From NCBI GenBank assembly GCA_016235455.1, contig JACRKZ010000078.1, positions 1 through 39,628 of the forward strand: a DNA stretch of 39,628 nucleotides, given 5' to 3'. Source of the DNA: Armatimonadota bacterium. Its GTDB lineage: Bacteria > Armatimonadota > UBA10988. The notes below the pieces were generated by a model. That model was not told the origin of the DNA and ran no database searches. It was given only the letters and a program-made list of their open reading frames with translations. The translations under genes and the position numbers were made by a program. Shown one piece after another: positions 18,532 to 28,895 of the stretch; the stretch's first letter is position 1, and every line of letters begins with the position of its first letter.

Positions 18532-18826
18532 CGATCCGCCTCCCAGTCCTTGACCTCGGGATGCTTCTCGGCGATGTGCTCGAAGCGGTCCTTGGTCTTG
18601 CCGGTGCGCTCATCGAAGAGCGGCGTGCCGCCAGCATACATGGTGCCGTCGGGATCACCGAACTCGTTGCGGCCGGTGGCCTTGATCCAGGCCTCAATCT
18701 TGGCCTTCAGTGCGCTGTCCACAGCCATACCCATACCTCTATAGCGCCCGGAGCGCTCGTCAAAGGCCGGTGTGCCACCAGCCCACATCCGCTGTCCACG
18801 ATTCTCGTCTTTGGCCGCCATCGTCA

Positions 18827-18827
<1 letters not shown>
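18528..18827 (-). CDS. Small hypothetical protein with two MxAGGTPxFDERxG repeats
   Basis: ATG 18827 overlaps the GT stop (TAATG); its stop overlaps the peptidase ATG (ATGA). Repeats MWAGGTPAFDERSG and MYAGGTPLFDERTG. Confidence 0.8.
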
Positions 18828-19981
<1,154 letters not shown>

Positions 19982-20024
19982 CTACCGACTCCAGGCTTGC
20001 AGTCTAGGCCGTCACGGACCCGCC

Positions 20025-20065
20025 GTCAAATTGACACTTGACAATGCGACATCAACTGTCACAAT
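20025..20065 (+). promoter_or_regulatory. Promoter/operator of the MerR-VIT/vWA operon (probably leaderless)
   Basis: TTGACA at 20031 and 20038, CACAAT at 20060-20065 six nt before the ATG, no SD. Inverted repeats GTCAA-A-TTGAC and TGACA-N13-TGTCA. Confidence 0.6.
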
Positions 20066-20071
20066 AACGGC

Positions 20072-20476
20072 ATGGACGAGCAGGCGGTGCTATCGATAGC
20101 GGAGCTGGCCGAGCGCGGCGGCGTGTCGCGACGGACGGTGCGCTACTACGTGCAGCGCGGGCTCCTGCCGGCGCCCGCCGGTCGCGGGCGCGGCGATCAC
20201 TACGGGCCGGAGCACCTGACGACGCTGCTGCGCATTCGCGGCTGGCAGGAGCAGGGCGTGTCTCTGGAGGCGATCGCCGGGTTGCTGGCCACGGGTCAGC
20301 CCTCCGAGCCGCCCGCGGCGGTGCGGCCGGCGGCGCGGGTCTGGTCGCGCATCGAGCTGGCGCCTGGTGTCGAATTGTCGGTTGCCGCGGAGGCGAGCCT
20401 GAGCGTGGAGACCATGCGCCGGCTGGCAGATGCGGTGCGGAGCGTGCTGGACGAGCGGGGAGAGGGTCATGCTTGA
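20072..20476 (+). CDS. MerR-type HTH transcriptional regulator
   Basis: LSIAELAERGGVSRRTVRYYVQRGLLP...YGPEHL...GVSLEAI; C-terminal WSRIELAPGVELSV. Confidence 0.9.
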   Translation: MDEQAVLSIAELAERGGVSRRTVRYYVQRGLLPAPAGRGRGDHYGPEHLTTLLRIRGWQEQGVSLEAIAGLLATGQPSEPPAAVRPAARVWSRIELAPGVELSVAAEASLSVETMRRLADAVRSVLDERGEGHA

Positions 20477-22676
20477 GCTGGAATCGGGTCTGCGCGGTGT
20501 GGGCAGCGGTTTTGCCGTGCCGCTGGTCGGGGTCGAGGTGGCCGCCGAGGTGCGCGGCGCGGCCAGTCGGGTGCGGCTCACCCAGCGCTACCGCAATGAC
20601 GAGGCGCAGCCGATCGAAGCGGTCTATGTCTTCCCGCTGGACGAAGGTGCGGCGCTGTGCGGATTCGAGGCAACGGTCGGCGAGCGCCACATCGTCGGTC
20701 GCATCGCCGAGCGCGATGATGCGTTCGAGCAGTACGACGATGCGTTGATGGCCGGACATGGCGCCTTTCTGCTTGACCAGGAGCGGCCCAACGTGTTCAC
20801 GGCGTCGGTCGGCAATCTGCCGCCGGGCGCCGAGGCGGCCATCACGCTGACCTACGTCGCGGAACTGGCCCGCGAGGGTGATGCCCTGCGCTTCCTGTTG
20901 CCAACCACCGTGGCGCCGCGCTACGTGCCGCTCGACCACGAGGTCGAGATTGGCCAGCCCGGTGACGAGCGCGTCAACCCGCCGCTGGCCGCTGCCTTGC
21001 CCTACCGCCTCACGCTGAGCGTGTCGGTGGAGCAGCCAGGCGGCGTAAAGGCCGTTTCGTCGCCCAGCCACGGCATCCGCGTGGAGCACGATGGGCCGCG
21101 CGCGCTGGTCACCCTCGGCGGCGAGGACGCGGCCATGGATCGCGACTTCGTGCTGCTCATCGAGCCGTCGATGCGACAGGCCGCCGGCGGGGTGACGGAG
21201 GTGGGCGCCGATGGCGCGATCACCGCGGCGGTAACGCTGCTGCCAGCGTTCGAGCAGTCTGCGCGGCCGGCCGAGGTGATCTTCGTGCTCGACTGCTCGG
21301 GATCCATGGCTGGCGACAGCATCGACCAGGCCAAGCGCGCGCTACGGCTGTGTCTGCGCCAGATGACCGCGGCCGACGCGTTCAACGTGGTCGGGTTCGG
21401 CAGCGGTTTCGTGGCCCTGTTCGAGCGGCCGCGGCGCTGGGATCATCCCGCCTTCGAGGAAGCCGACCGCTGGGTCGAGTCGCTCGACGCGCACATGGGC
21501 GGCACCGAGATCCTCGCGCCGCTGCAGGCCGTGCTCACGCTGCCGGTCGATACCGACCGCCAGCGTGTCGTGGTCCTGCTGACCGACGGCGAGGTGAGCA
21601 ATGAGGACCAGGTCATCGCTCTGGCGGCCGAGCATCGGTCCACCACCCGGCTGTTCGCCTTCGGCATCGGCGCGGGGCCAAGCGAGCATCTGGTGCGGGG
21701 CGTGGCGCGCGCCGGTGGCGGCGCGGCGGAGTTCATCGCGCCGGGCGAGCGCATCGAACCCAAGGTACTGCGTCAGTTCGCGCGGCTGACGTCGCCGCGG
21801 CTGGAACACCTGACGCTGCTGCCCGACGACCTGGCCAGCGCGCCGCGCGAGCTGCCGGCGGTCTACGCGGGCGAGGCCATCACGGTGTATGTGCGCGGCC
21901 GCGGGGTGCCGCCAGTGCTGACCCTCATGGCCGAGGGGCTGGGCACGCAGATGGTGGTGTTGCCCGCACCGACGCCCGGCGCCCTGCTGAGCACGCTGTG
22001 GGCACGCGCGACGCTCCGCGACCTGGAGGAAGGCGTGGCCGGCGGCTCCGCTCAGACCGGCCGGCGCGACGCCTCGCGGCGCCGCAAGGTATGCGACCTG
22101 GCGCTGGCCTACGGCCTGGCGTCCAGCGCCACGAGCTTCGTGGCGGTCGAGGAGCGCGCGCCCGGCGAGCGCACCACCGAGGCGGCCGAACTGCGGCGCG
22201 TGCCGGTAGCGCTGACCCACGGCTGGGGCGGCGACGCGGTCCAGCCGCTGCAGCCGCGTATGCCCATGCCCACGCCCATGCCCATGGCGGAGTTGCCGGC
22301 GGGCATGGTGGCCTTCTGCGCCAGCGCGCCGCCGCCACCCGCCCGCGGGCGCGCGCGTCGGCGCGGCGAGCCCTTGCACCTGCAACTGCTCATGGCGCAG
22401 CTGCCCGACGGCGCGTTTGAGTGGGCCGACGTCGTCGCGCTGGCGCAGCCGGAGGACGAGGCCGCGGCGGAGTTGGAGGTCGTCTGCCTCGACCCGCGCG
22501 TGAAGGCGACCTTCCTCGCACTGGCGCTGCTGCGGGTGCGCTGCCGCGCGGCTCGGGTCGAGTGGCAACTGGCCGCGGCCAAGGCCGAGACCTGGCTGCG
22601 CGATGTGGCTGGTGCCGACGGCATGAGGATCGAGGGTCACGAGGCGCTGGATTGGTTCGAGGCACACTTGCGCTGA
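20469..22676 (+). CDS. VIT + vWA domain protein (vWA5A-like architecture)
   Basis: VIT: QRYRN...IEAVYVFPLDEGAA...FTASVGNLPPG. vWA MIDAS: DCSGSM, GGTEI, LTDGEV. ATG 20469 with GAGGG RBS overlaps the MerR gene end. Confidence 0.92.
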   Translation: MLELESGLRGVGSGFAVPLVGVEVAAEVRGAASRVRLTQRYRNDEAQPIEAVYVFPLDEGAALCGFEATVGERHIVGRIAERDDAFEQYDDALMAGHGAFLLDQERPNVFTASVGNLPPGAEAAITLTYVAELAREGDALRFLLPTTVAPRYVPLDHEVEIGQPGDERVNPPLAAALPYRLTLSVSVEQPGGVKAVSSPSHGIRVEHDGPRALVTLGGEDAAMDRDFVLLIEPSMRQAAGGVTEVGADGAITAAVTLLPAFEQSARPAEVIFVLDCSGSMAGDSIDQAKRALRLCLRQMTAADAFNVVGFGSGFVALFERPRRWDHPAFEEADRWVESLDAHMGGTEILAPLQAVLTLPVDTDRQRVVVLLTDGEVSNEDQVIALAAEHRSTTRLFAFGIGAGPSEHLVRGVARAGGGAAEFIAPGERIEPKVLRQFARLTSPRLEHLTLLPDDLASAPRELPAVYAGEAITVYVRGRGVPPVLTLMAEGLGTQMVVLPAPTPGALLSTLWARATLRDLEEGVAGGSAQTGRRDASRRRKVCDLALAYGLASSATSFVAVEERAPGERTTEAAELRRVPVALTHGWGGDAVQPLQPRMPMPTPMPMAELPAGMVAFCASAPPPPARGRARRRGEPLHLQLLMAQLPDGAFEWADVVALAQPEDEAAAELEVVCLDPRVKATFLALALLRVRCRAARVEWQLAAAKAETWLRDVAGADGMRIEGHEALDWFEAHLR

Positions 22677-24827
22677 TCAGCGCGAGCCGGCGCGCAGCAC
22701 CTCGAGCTGGTCCCAGTCCACCTGGCCATCGGCGTTGGCCTCGGCCGTGGTGGCCACGACGTAGACGCTGTGCCAGGTCAGCGGCGCCTTGAGCCCATCA
22801 GGCAGGCGGCACTCGACGGGAATCCAGCCGCTGCCGAGCCGCCCCGAGAACAGGTCGTGCAGGCTGCGCTGGCCGTTGCCGTCGATGAGCACGGCGCGCA
22901 GCCACACGGTCTTGCCGTCGCCACGCACCCGCGCCCGCAGGGCCAGCGCGGGATCGATGCGCCGGTCGAGCCGCACGTAGGCCGCGCGCGTGGCCGCGCC
23001 GGCGCCTAGATGGTAGGTCAGCCGACAGAAGGCGCCGGCGCCCTCGCCCCGCACCTTCACCGCACTGCCGGTGACGCTGTCGGGGATGGCGTCGAAGACC
23101 ACCGCGCCGGGCCCGTCGAAGCTCTCGACGGCGACCGGCGCCGCCACGACCACGGGCACCTCGGCCTGCGCGCCAAACCCTTCGACCAGCAGCGCACCCC
23201 GTCCGCCTTCCGCCCCAGCCGTGACCACGCCGCGCCTGACCGATCCGGCCGCCGCCGGCAGTGACCAGCGCAGCGCCTCGGCATCGACCACAACGGTCCG
23301 GCCCTGGGCATCGCGACCGGTGACGGCGACGTTGGCTGCTTCGCCAGGCACCAGCGCCAGCCGTGCAGGCTGGCACTCGAGCCGCGTGAGCCGGTCGATC
23401 ACGGTCACTTCGACCCGCGCGGACAGGCCGCCGCCGGTGACGGTGAGCGTGCCCGAGCCGGGCTTGCCGCCGGCGGTGAGCACCCCACGCCGCACCGTTG
23501 CCAAGGGCCGGTCGAGCGCCATGGAATCCACGGTGCGGCCTGGCACGGGGTTCAGGCGGTCGTCGGTGACGGTCGCCCGGACCTCCAGGCTGGCGCCCGG
23601 CGTGAGCCGCCAGGGCCCGGGTGGGTCGAGCACAATGCGGCTGGCGCGGCCGGCCGGCGCGCGGCTGACCAGCGCCAGCGCGTTGGCCACGGGCCGCTCG
23701 TGCCCGTCGCTGGGCCGGTTGAGGATTTCACCACGCACCCAGCAGGTGGCGCTGCCGCCGCCGTCCAGATTGAGTGCCTCGCGGCAGCCCAAGCTGGCCA
23801 TCAGCCGCGCCAGCTCGGGCAAGGTCATGCCCATGCTATGGCCGGCCTGCCGGCCGTCGACCACCACCGCCACCGCCTGCTGGTCGTCGAAACCGATGGC
23901 CGTGCGCGGGTGGCGCGGCTCGTTGGGCCCGCCGCCGTACACGGTCTTGCCGCCGGCCAGGAGCACTTCACTGCCGCCCACGGCCTCGCTGATGGTCACC
24001 GCCGGCGTCACGCGCGCCTCCAGGCGAAGTCGCTGCCCGGCGGTCAACCTGGCCAGCTTGGCGGCGAAGACGCCGCTGCCGCTCAGCACCATGGCGTCGG
24101 GCGGAATGGCCTGGTTGCCGACTCCGGTCACCGGTGCCTGGGCCACTTCCACCCAGGTGTCGAGGCGAGGCGTCAGCCGGCTGACCTTGGCCTCGGCCCA
24201 GCGCAGCACCACTTCGACGCCGTCGGCGCCGGTGCTGGTACCCGCGCCCCAAGTGGGTGTGTAGAGGGTGAGACAGTCGGGCCCGCGGCTGTTGTTGACC
24301 CGCGTGGCCAGCACGTCGAGCCCGCCGCCGCTGAGGCGCAGGGACGAGGCCACCGGACCGATGATGTAGCTGCCGTCGCCACGCACGACGAACGCCGGCC
24401 GGTCATAGGACAGGCCGACCAACTCGCCGTCACTGACACACAGCCCGATGGTCGCGCCCTGCCCGGGGCCGCTCATGATGAAGAAATCACCGTTGACCGC
24501 CGCCACGGGCGTGGACTGCTGGTTGGCCAGGCGCAGCACCTGGCGACTGGTGGTCTCCAGGCCGGGAACCAGGTCGTTGCCCACGGTCACGCGCGGGGCC
24601 AACAGCTTCTGCGAGCGGTCCCAGACGAAGCCGTAGATGGCCAACGGTCCGTCGGCGCGCCAGATGCGGAACGAGGTGGCGCCGGGATGGATGGGCTGGG
24701 TGCGCGCGTCAGCCGGCAGGCGGAGCGCCCCGGCCGGCGTCATCGCCATCAGCAGTGGCGTCAGCGCCCGCACCAGCCACAGAGCACAACGCTTCGCGCG
24801 CGAGAGCATACCGCAAGCCACCAGCAC
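22677..24827 (-). CDS. Secreted phosphodiester glycosidase (NAGPA family) with Ig-like repeats and a C-terminal beta-sandwich/CBM-like domain
   Basis: AAVNGDFF, RHPRTAIG, VVDGRQ, ALNLDGGGS, NRPSDGHERPVANAL. Start uncertain (ATG 24809 gives a signal-peptide-like N-terminus); overlaps the ppx 3' end. Confidence 0.88.
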   Translation of the reverse strand: MLVACGMLSRAKRCALWLVRALTPLLMAMTPAGALRLPADARTQPIHPGATSFRIWRADGPLAIYGFVWDRSQKLLAPRVTVGNDLVPGLETTSRQVLRLANQQSTPVAAVNGDFFIMSGPGQGATIGLCVSDGELVGLSYDRPAFVVRGDGSYIIGPVASSLRLSGGGLDVLATRVNNSRGPDCLTLYTPTWGAGTSTGADGVEVVLRWAEAKVSRLTPRLDTWVEVAQAPVTGVGNQAIPPDAMVLSGSGVFAAKLARLTAGQRLRLEARVTPAVTISEAVGGSEVLLAGGKTVYGGGPNEPRHPRTAIGFDDQQAVAVVVDGRQAGHSMGMTLPELARLMASLGCREALNLDGGGSATCWVRGEILNRPSDGHERPVANALALVSRAPAGRASRIVLDPPGPWRLTPGASLEVRATVTDDRLNPVPGRTVDSMALDRPLATVRRGVLTAGGKPGSGTLTVTGGGLSARVEVTVIDRLTRLECQPARLALVPGEAANVAVTGRDAQGRTVVVDAEALRWSLPAAAGSVRRGVVTAGAEGGRGALLVEGFGAQAEVPVVVAAPVAVESFDGPGAVVFDAIPDSVTGSAVKVRGEGAGAFCRLTYHLGAGAATRAAYVRLDRRIDPALALRARVRGDGKTVWLRAVLIDGNGQRSLHDLFSGRLGSGWIPVECRLPDGLKAPLTWHSVYVVATTAEANADGQVDWDQLEVLRAGSR

Positions 24828-25692
24828 TCACTCCCATCTCGGCCACCGCCAGCCGAGCCATCAAGGCCGACAGCACCACACAGCCGCCCAGGATGACATC
24901 GGCACGCTTGGCTGGCAAGCCGGGCACCTGGCGCCGCTGGGCCAGCGGTAGCGCAGCCAGGCGTGCGGTCAACGCGTCCACCATGGCCGGCGTCAGCCGC
25001 GTCGACTCCACCACTGCGGCGTCGTAGGTGGTCAGGCCATGCCAGATGGCCGCCAGCGTGGTGATGGTGCCGCCCGTGCCGCACACTTCGGCCTGCACCG
25101 CCGGCACCTGGTCCAGAGCCTCGTCGGCCACGGCGCGCAGGCGTGCCAGGTCGGCCGTCGTGGGCGGATCGCTCATCTGGCCGGCCCGATCGGTCGCCCG
25201 CACGGCACCGATATCGAGGCTGACACGCGAGGCAATGCGGCCGCCCTCACCCAGCACCAGTTCCGTGCTGCCGCCGCCGATGTCGACGTTGGCGAGCGTG
25301 CCGGCGACCTGGCGTTGCCGCGCGACGGCGGCATAGGTCAACTCGGCCTCGCGCTCGCCCGTGATGACCTCGATGCGCAGGCCGCATTCGCGTTCGACGC
25401 GGGCCAAGAACTCGTCGCGATTGGTCGCGTCGCGCAGGGCGCTGGTGCCTACCGCGGACACGGCGCTCACGCGGTGCTCGGTGCACAGCCGCATGTACTC
25501 GGCCAACTGCCCCGCACAGCGGTCCATGGGCTCGGGCTGGAGCCGGCGCTCGGCATCGACCCCCTCGCCCAGCCGGGTGATGTCGGAGCGGTCGAGCAGC
25601 ACGGTCTCGCCGCCCTGCCCATCGCTCTCGATGATCAGCAGCAGAAACGAGTTGGTGCCGACATCGATGCCGGCGGCGCGCGCGCTGGTCAT
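24709..25692 (-). CDS. ppx: Ppx/GppA family exopolyphosphatase (short type)
   Basis: GIDVGTNS, TRLGEG, GTSALRDA, ITGEREA, DIGGGSTE, RADVILGG, GLRYA. TGCTATGCT extended -10 lies upstream. Confidence 0.92.
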   Translation of the reverse strand: MTSARAAGIDVGTNSFLLLIIESDGQGGETVLLDRSDITRLGEGVDAERRLQPEPMDRCAGQLAEYMRLCTEHRVSAVSAVGTSALRDATNRDEFLARVERECGLRIEVITGEREAELTYAAVARQRQVAGTLANVDIGGGSTELVLGEGGRIASRVSLDIGAVRATDRAGQMSDPPTTADLARLRAVADEALDQVPAVQAEVCGTGGTITTLAAIWHGLTTYDAAVVESTRLTPAMVDALTARLAALPLAQRRQVPGLPAKRADVILGGCVVLSALMARLAVAEMGVSAGGLRYALAREALCSVAGAGADATADGDDAGRGAPPAG

Positions 25693-25773
25693 GGACAGGC
25701 TCCTCACCTGCGCCAGCATAGCACAGGCAGGATCGGCGGGCCGCACAGCCAACTCAGCCCCCGGAGTCATGTC

Positions 25774-27957
25774 ATGCCAGTCAATCGCCGGTCGTTCCTG
25801 CGCACGGGCCTGGCCGCGTCGGCCGCCGCGGCCTTGGGTGGCCGCGCCGCTCGGTCCGCGCCGGCCAAGCCCAACATCCTGCTGATCCTGACCGACGATA
25901 TGGGCTTCTCGGACCTGGGTTGCTACGGCGGCGAGATCCGCACGCCGAACCTGGACAAGCTGGCCGAGGGCGGGCTGCGCTTCACGCAGTTCTACAACAC
26001 GGCGCGCTGCTGCCCGACGCGCGCCAGCCTGCTGACCGGTCTCTACCCGCACCAGGCCGGCGTGGGGCACATGGTCGACTCCAAGGGCCTGGACGGTTTC
26101 GCCGGGCAACTGAGTCCCGACGCGGTGACCATTCCCGAGGCCCTACGCGGGGCCGGCTACCGCAACTACATGGTCGGCAAATGGCATGTCTGCCACGACA
26201 TCAACCCCGAGGGCGACCGCAGCGCCTGGCCCATGCAGCGCGGGTTCGACCGTTACTATGGCACGTTGGCCGGCGCCGGCAGCTACTACGACCCGGCCGC
26301 GCTGTGCCGCGACAATCAGCACATCAGCGCGGGCGCCGACCCCGAGTACCAGCCCGCCGAGCCGTTCTACTACACCACCGCGCTAGGCGACCAGGGCGCG
26401 CGGTTCATCACCGAGCACGCCAGGCAATCGCCGGATACGCCGTTCTTCCTGTATGCCGCTTTCACCGCGGCGCACTGGCCACTGCACGCCCCGGAGTCGG
26501 CGCTGGCACGCACCAGGGGCCGCTACGACGGCGGCTATGAGTCGATCCGCCAGGCCCGGCTCGAACGGCTGCGGCGACTGGGCATCGTCCACGCCGACTG
26601 GCGGCCGGCGCCGACGGTGGGCAACTGGGAGGCCGTGCCCGACAAGGCGTGGGAGGCGCGCTGCATGGAGGTCTATGCGGCGCAGGTGGAGATGATGGAC
26701 GCCGCCGTGGGCCGCCTGGTGGAGGCGCTGCGGGCCAGCGGCGCGCTGGACAACACACTGATCCTGTTCATGCAGGACAACGGCGCCTGCGCCGAGGCCG
26801 TCGGTCGCGGCGGCAACGAGCGGCGTGGCACGCAACCCACGCTGCCGACCATGGCCAAGGACGCGGTTCGCCTGGACGGCCGCCCCAAGCAGACGCGCGA
26901 CGGCTGGCCCGTGCTGGGCGGCCCGCAGGTCATGCCCGGCCCGGCGGACACCTTCGAGTCGTACGGCCAGGCCTGGGCCAACGTGTCCAACACGCCGTTC
27001 CGCGAGTACAAGCACTGGGTGCACGAAGGTGGCATCAGCACGCCGCTCATCGCGCACTGGCCGCGAGGCATCCGCCGCGGAGGCGAACTCGAGCATCAGC
27101 CCGGCCACCTCATCGACATCTGGGCCACCTGCGTCGATGTGGCCGGCGCCAAACCGCCCACCGAGCGCGCGGGCAAGCCCGTGCCGGCGCCCGAGGGCCG
27201 CAGCCTGGTGACCGCCTTCGCCGGACGCGCCATCGCCCGTGAGGCGCTGTTCTGGGAGCATGAGGGCAACCGCGCGCTACGCGTGGGTCCCTGGAAGCTG
27301 GTGGCCAAGTCGCCGGGCGGCGCGTGGGAGCTGTACAACATGGACGCCGACCGCACCGAACTCGACGACCTGACCACGCGGCTGCCTGACCGGGCGGCCC
27401 AAATGGCGGCTGCCTGGGAGAGCTGGGCCAAGCGCACCAAGGCGCTGCCCTGGCCGTGGAAACCCGCCTACGGCCAGCCGGCGGCGGCGAGCCGCACCAG
27501 CTTCGACCTCAAGTCAGGTGACCGCCTGGTCGACGACGAGGCGCCGAGCGTGGCCCGGCGGCCGTTCACCGTCACTGCCACGTTCGACGCGCAGGGCAAG
27601 GATGGCGTCATCGTCGCCCAAGGCGGCAACAACCACGGCTGGTCGCTGTATGTGAAGGATGGCCGGCTGGAAGCCGCCCTGCGCCGCGCCGGCGCGCTGA
27701 CCGTGGTGACCGCCGCCGAGCCGCTGCCCGCCGGCCGGCAGCAGGCCACGCTGGCGCTAGTGCGCGGTGGCGGCCTGACGCTCAGCCTGGGCGGCCGCGT
27801 GGTCGCCGAAGGCAAGGCTGGCGGCCTGCTGCCCGAGCAGCCCAAGGACGCGCTGGAGGTCGGCTGCGATACCGTCGGCGCCGTGGGTCAGTACAAGGCG
27901 CCCGGCACGTTTGGCGGCAAGGTGGAAGCAGTGAAGGTGGAGGTCGGACCGGGCTGA
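25774..27957 (+). CDS. Tat-exported arylsulfatase with a C-terminal LamG-like domain
   Basis: Tat signal NRRSFLR; PNILLILTDDMG; formylglycine motif CCPTRASLLTG; GKWH; QDNG; EGGISTP. Confidence 0.94.
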   Translation: MPVNRRSFLRTGLAASAAAALGGRAARSAPAKPNILLILTDDMGFSDLGCYGGEIRTPNLDKLAEGGLRFTQFYNTARCCPTRASLLTGLYPHQAGVGHMVDSKGLDGFAGQLSPDAVTIPEALRGAGYRNYMVGKWHVCHDINPEGDRSAWPMQRGFDRYYGTLAGAGSYYDPAALCRDNQHISAGADPEYQPAEPFYYTTALGDQGARFITEHARQSPDTPFFLYAAFTAAHWPLHAPESALARTRGRYDGGYESIRQARLERLRRLGIVHADWRPAPTVGNWEAVPDKAWEARCMEVYAAQVEMMDAAVGRLVEALRASGALDNTLILFMQDNGACAEAVGRGGNERRGTQPTLPTMAKDAVRLDGRPKQTRDGWPVLGGPQVMPGPADTFESYGQAWANVSNTPFREYKHWVHEGGISTPLIAHWPRGIRRGGELEHQPGHLIDIWATCVDVAGAKPPTERAGKPVPAPEGRSLVTAFAGRAIAREALFWEHEGNRALRVGPWKLVAKSPGGAWELYNMDADRTELDDLTTRLPDRAAQMAAAWESWAKRTKALPWPWKPAYGQPAAASRTSFDLKSGDRLVDDEAPSVARRPFTVTATFDAQGKDGVIVAQGGNNHGWSLYVKDGRLEAALRRAGALTVVTAAEPLPAGRQQATLALVRGGGLTLSLGGRVVAEGKAGGLLPEQPKDALEVGCDTVGAVGQYKAPGTFGGKVEAVKVEVGPG

Positions 27958-27974
27958 GCCACCGGATCGGGCAA

Positions 27975-28895
27975 CTACCGATCGGCGGACCAGATTTGGA
28001 CTTCGAGCACCAGCTCGACGCCGCTCTGCGCCCGCACGCGCTCACGAACGGTGTCGATCAGCCACAGCACATCGGCCGCTCTGGCCGCGCCGAGGTTGAC
28101 GATCCAGTTGGCGTGCAGCTCGCTGACTTGCGCCTCACCACGCCGCAGGCCCTTGCAGCCGGCGGCCTCGACCAGCGCGCCGGGGAAGCCTGCGGCCGGC
28201 CGGCGGAAGACACTGCCACAACTGGGCAGGCTGAGGGGCTGGGTGCGCCGGCGGTAGGCCAGATGCTCGCTCAGCCGCGCGCGAACAGCCTGCGGCTCGT
28301 CCGGCCGCAGATCGAACCGAGCGCCCAGCGCCAGCCACGGCTCGTGCCGCAGGACGCTCTCGCGGTGGCCCAGCGCCATCTCGTCGACCGTCAGTCGCCG
28401 CACAGAGCCGTCGGGCAGCAGCACATCCACATCGAGCAGCACATCGCCGAGCGTGCCGCTGGGGATGCCGGCGTTGGTGACGCAGCCGCCGCCCACTGTG
28501 CCGGGCACGCCCACGACGCATTCGAGCCCGCTCAGCCCGCGGTCGGCGGCTTCGCGGGCGAGCTTGGGCAGGAAGCAGCCGGCATCTGCGTCGAGCCGCG
28601 TGCCGTCCCAGCGCGCCTCGGCCATCTGGTTGGCCAGATGCACCACCACGCCGGCCACGCCGTCGTCGGGCGCCAGCAGGTTGGAGCCGTTGCCCAACAG
28701 CCGGCACGGCCAGTGTCGGTCGCGGCACCAGGCCACGGCCGCCCGCAGGGCGGCGCGGGTGTGGGGCTGGAGCACGACGTCAGCCGGTCCGCCGATGCGC
28801 CAGGTGGTCAGTTCGGCCAAGGGCCGGTCGAACTGCACGTCGGCGCCGAGGTCGGCGGCCAAAGTGGTCAGGTCGGCGCGTTCGGGCGCGGTCAT
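27975..28895 (-). CDS. murB: UDP-N-acetylenolpyruvoylglucosamine reductase
   Basis: TTWRIGGPA, LGNGSNLL, GVPGTVGG, QPLSLPSCGSVFRRP, SELHANWIVN, LEVQ. ATG 28895 overlaps the upstream stop. Confidence 0.95.
   Translation of the reverse strand: MTAPERADLTTLAADLGADVQFDRPLAELTTWRIGGPADVVLQPHTRAALRAAVAWCRDRHWPCRLLGNGSNLLAPDDGVAGVVVHLANQMAEARWDGTRLDADAGCFLPKLAREAADRGLSGLECVVGVPGTVGGGCVTNAGIPSGTLGDVLLDVDVLLPDGSVRRLTVDEMALGHRESVLRHEPWLALGARFDLRPDEPQAVRARLSEHLAYRRRTQPLSLPSCGSVFRRPAAGFPGALVEAAGCKGLRRGEAQVSELHANWIVNLGAARAADVLWLIDTVRERVRAQSGVELVLEVQIWSADR

Noticed and set aside
25039-25773. 972-aa extended version of the sulfatase ORF and 466-aa extended ppx ORF
   Set aside because: The extensions overlap each other's genes. 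The Tat signal at 25774 and the IDVGTNS motif just after 25692 define the real starts.
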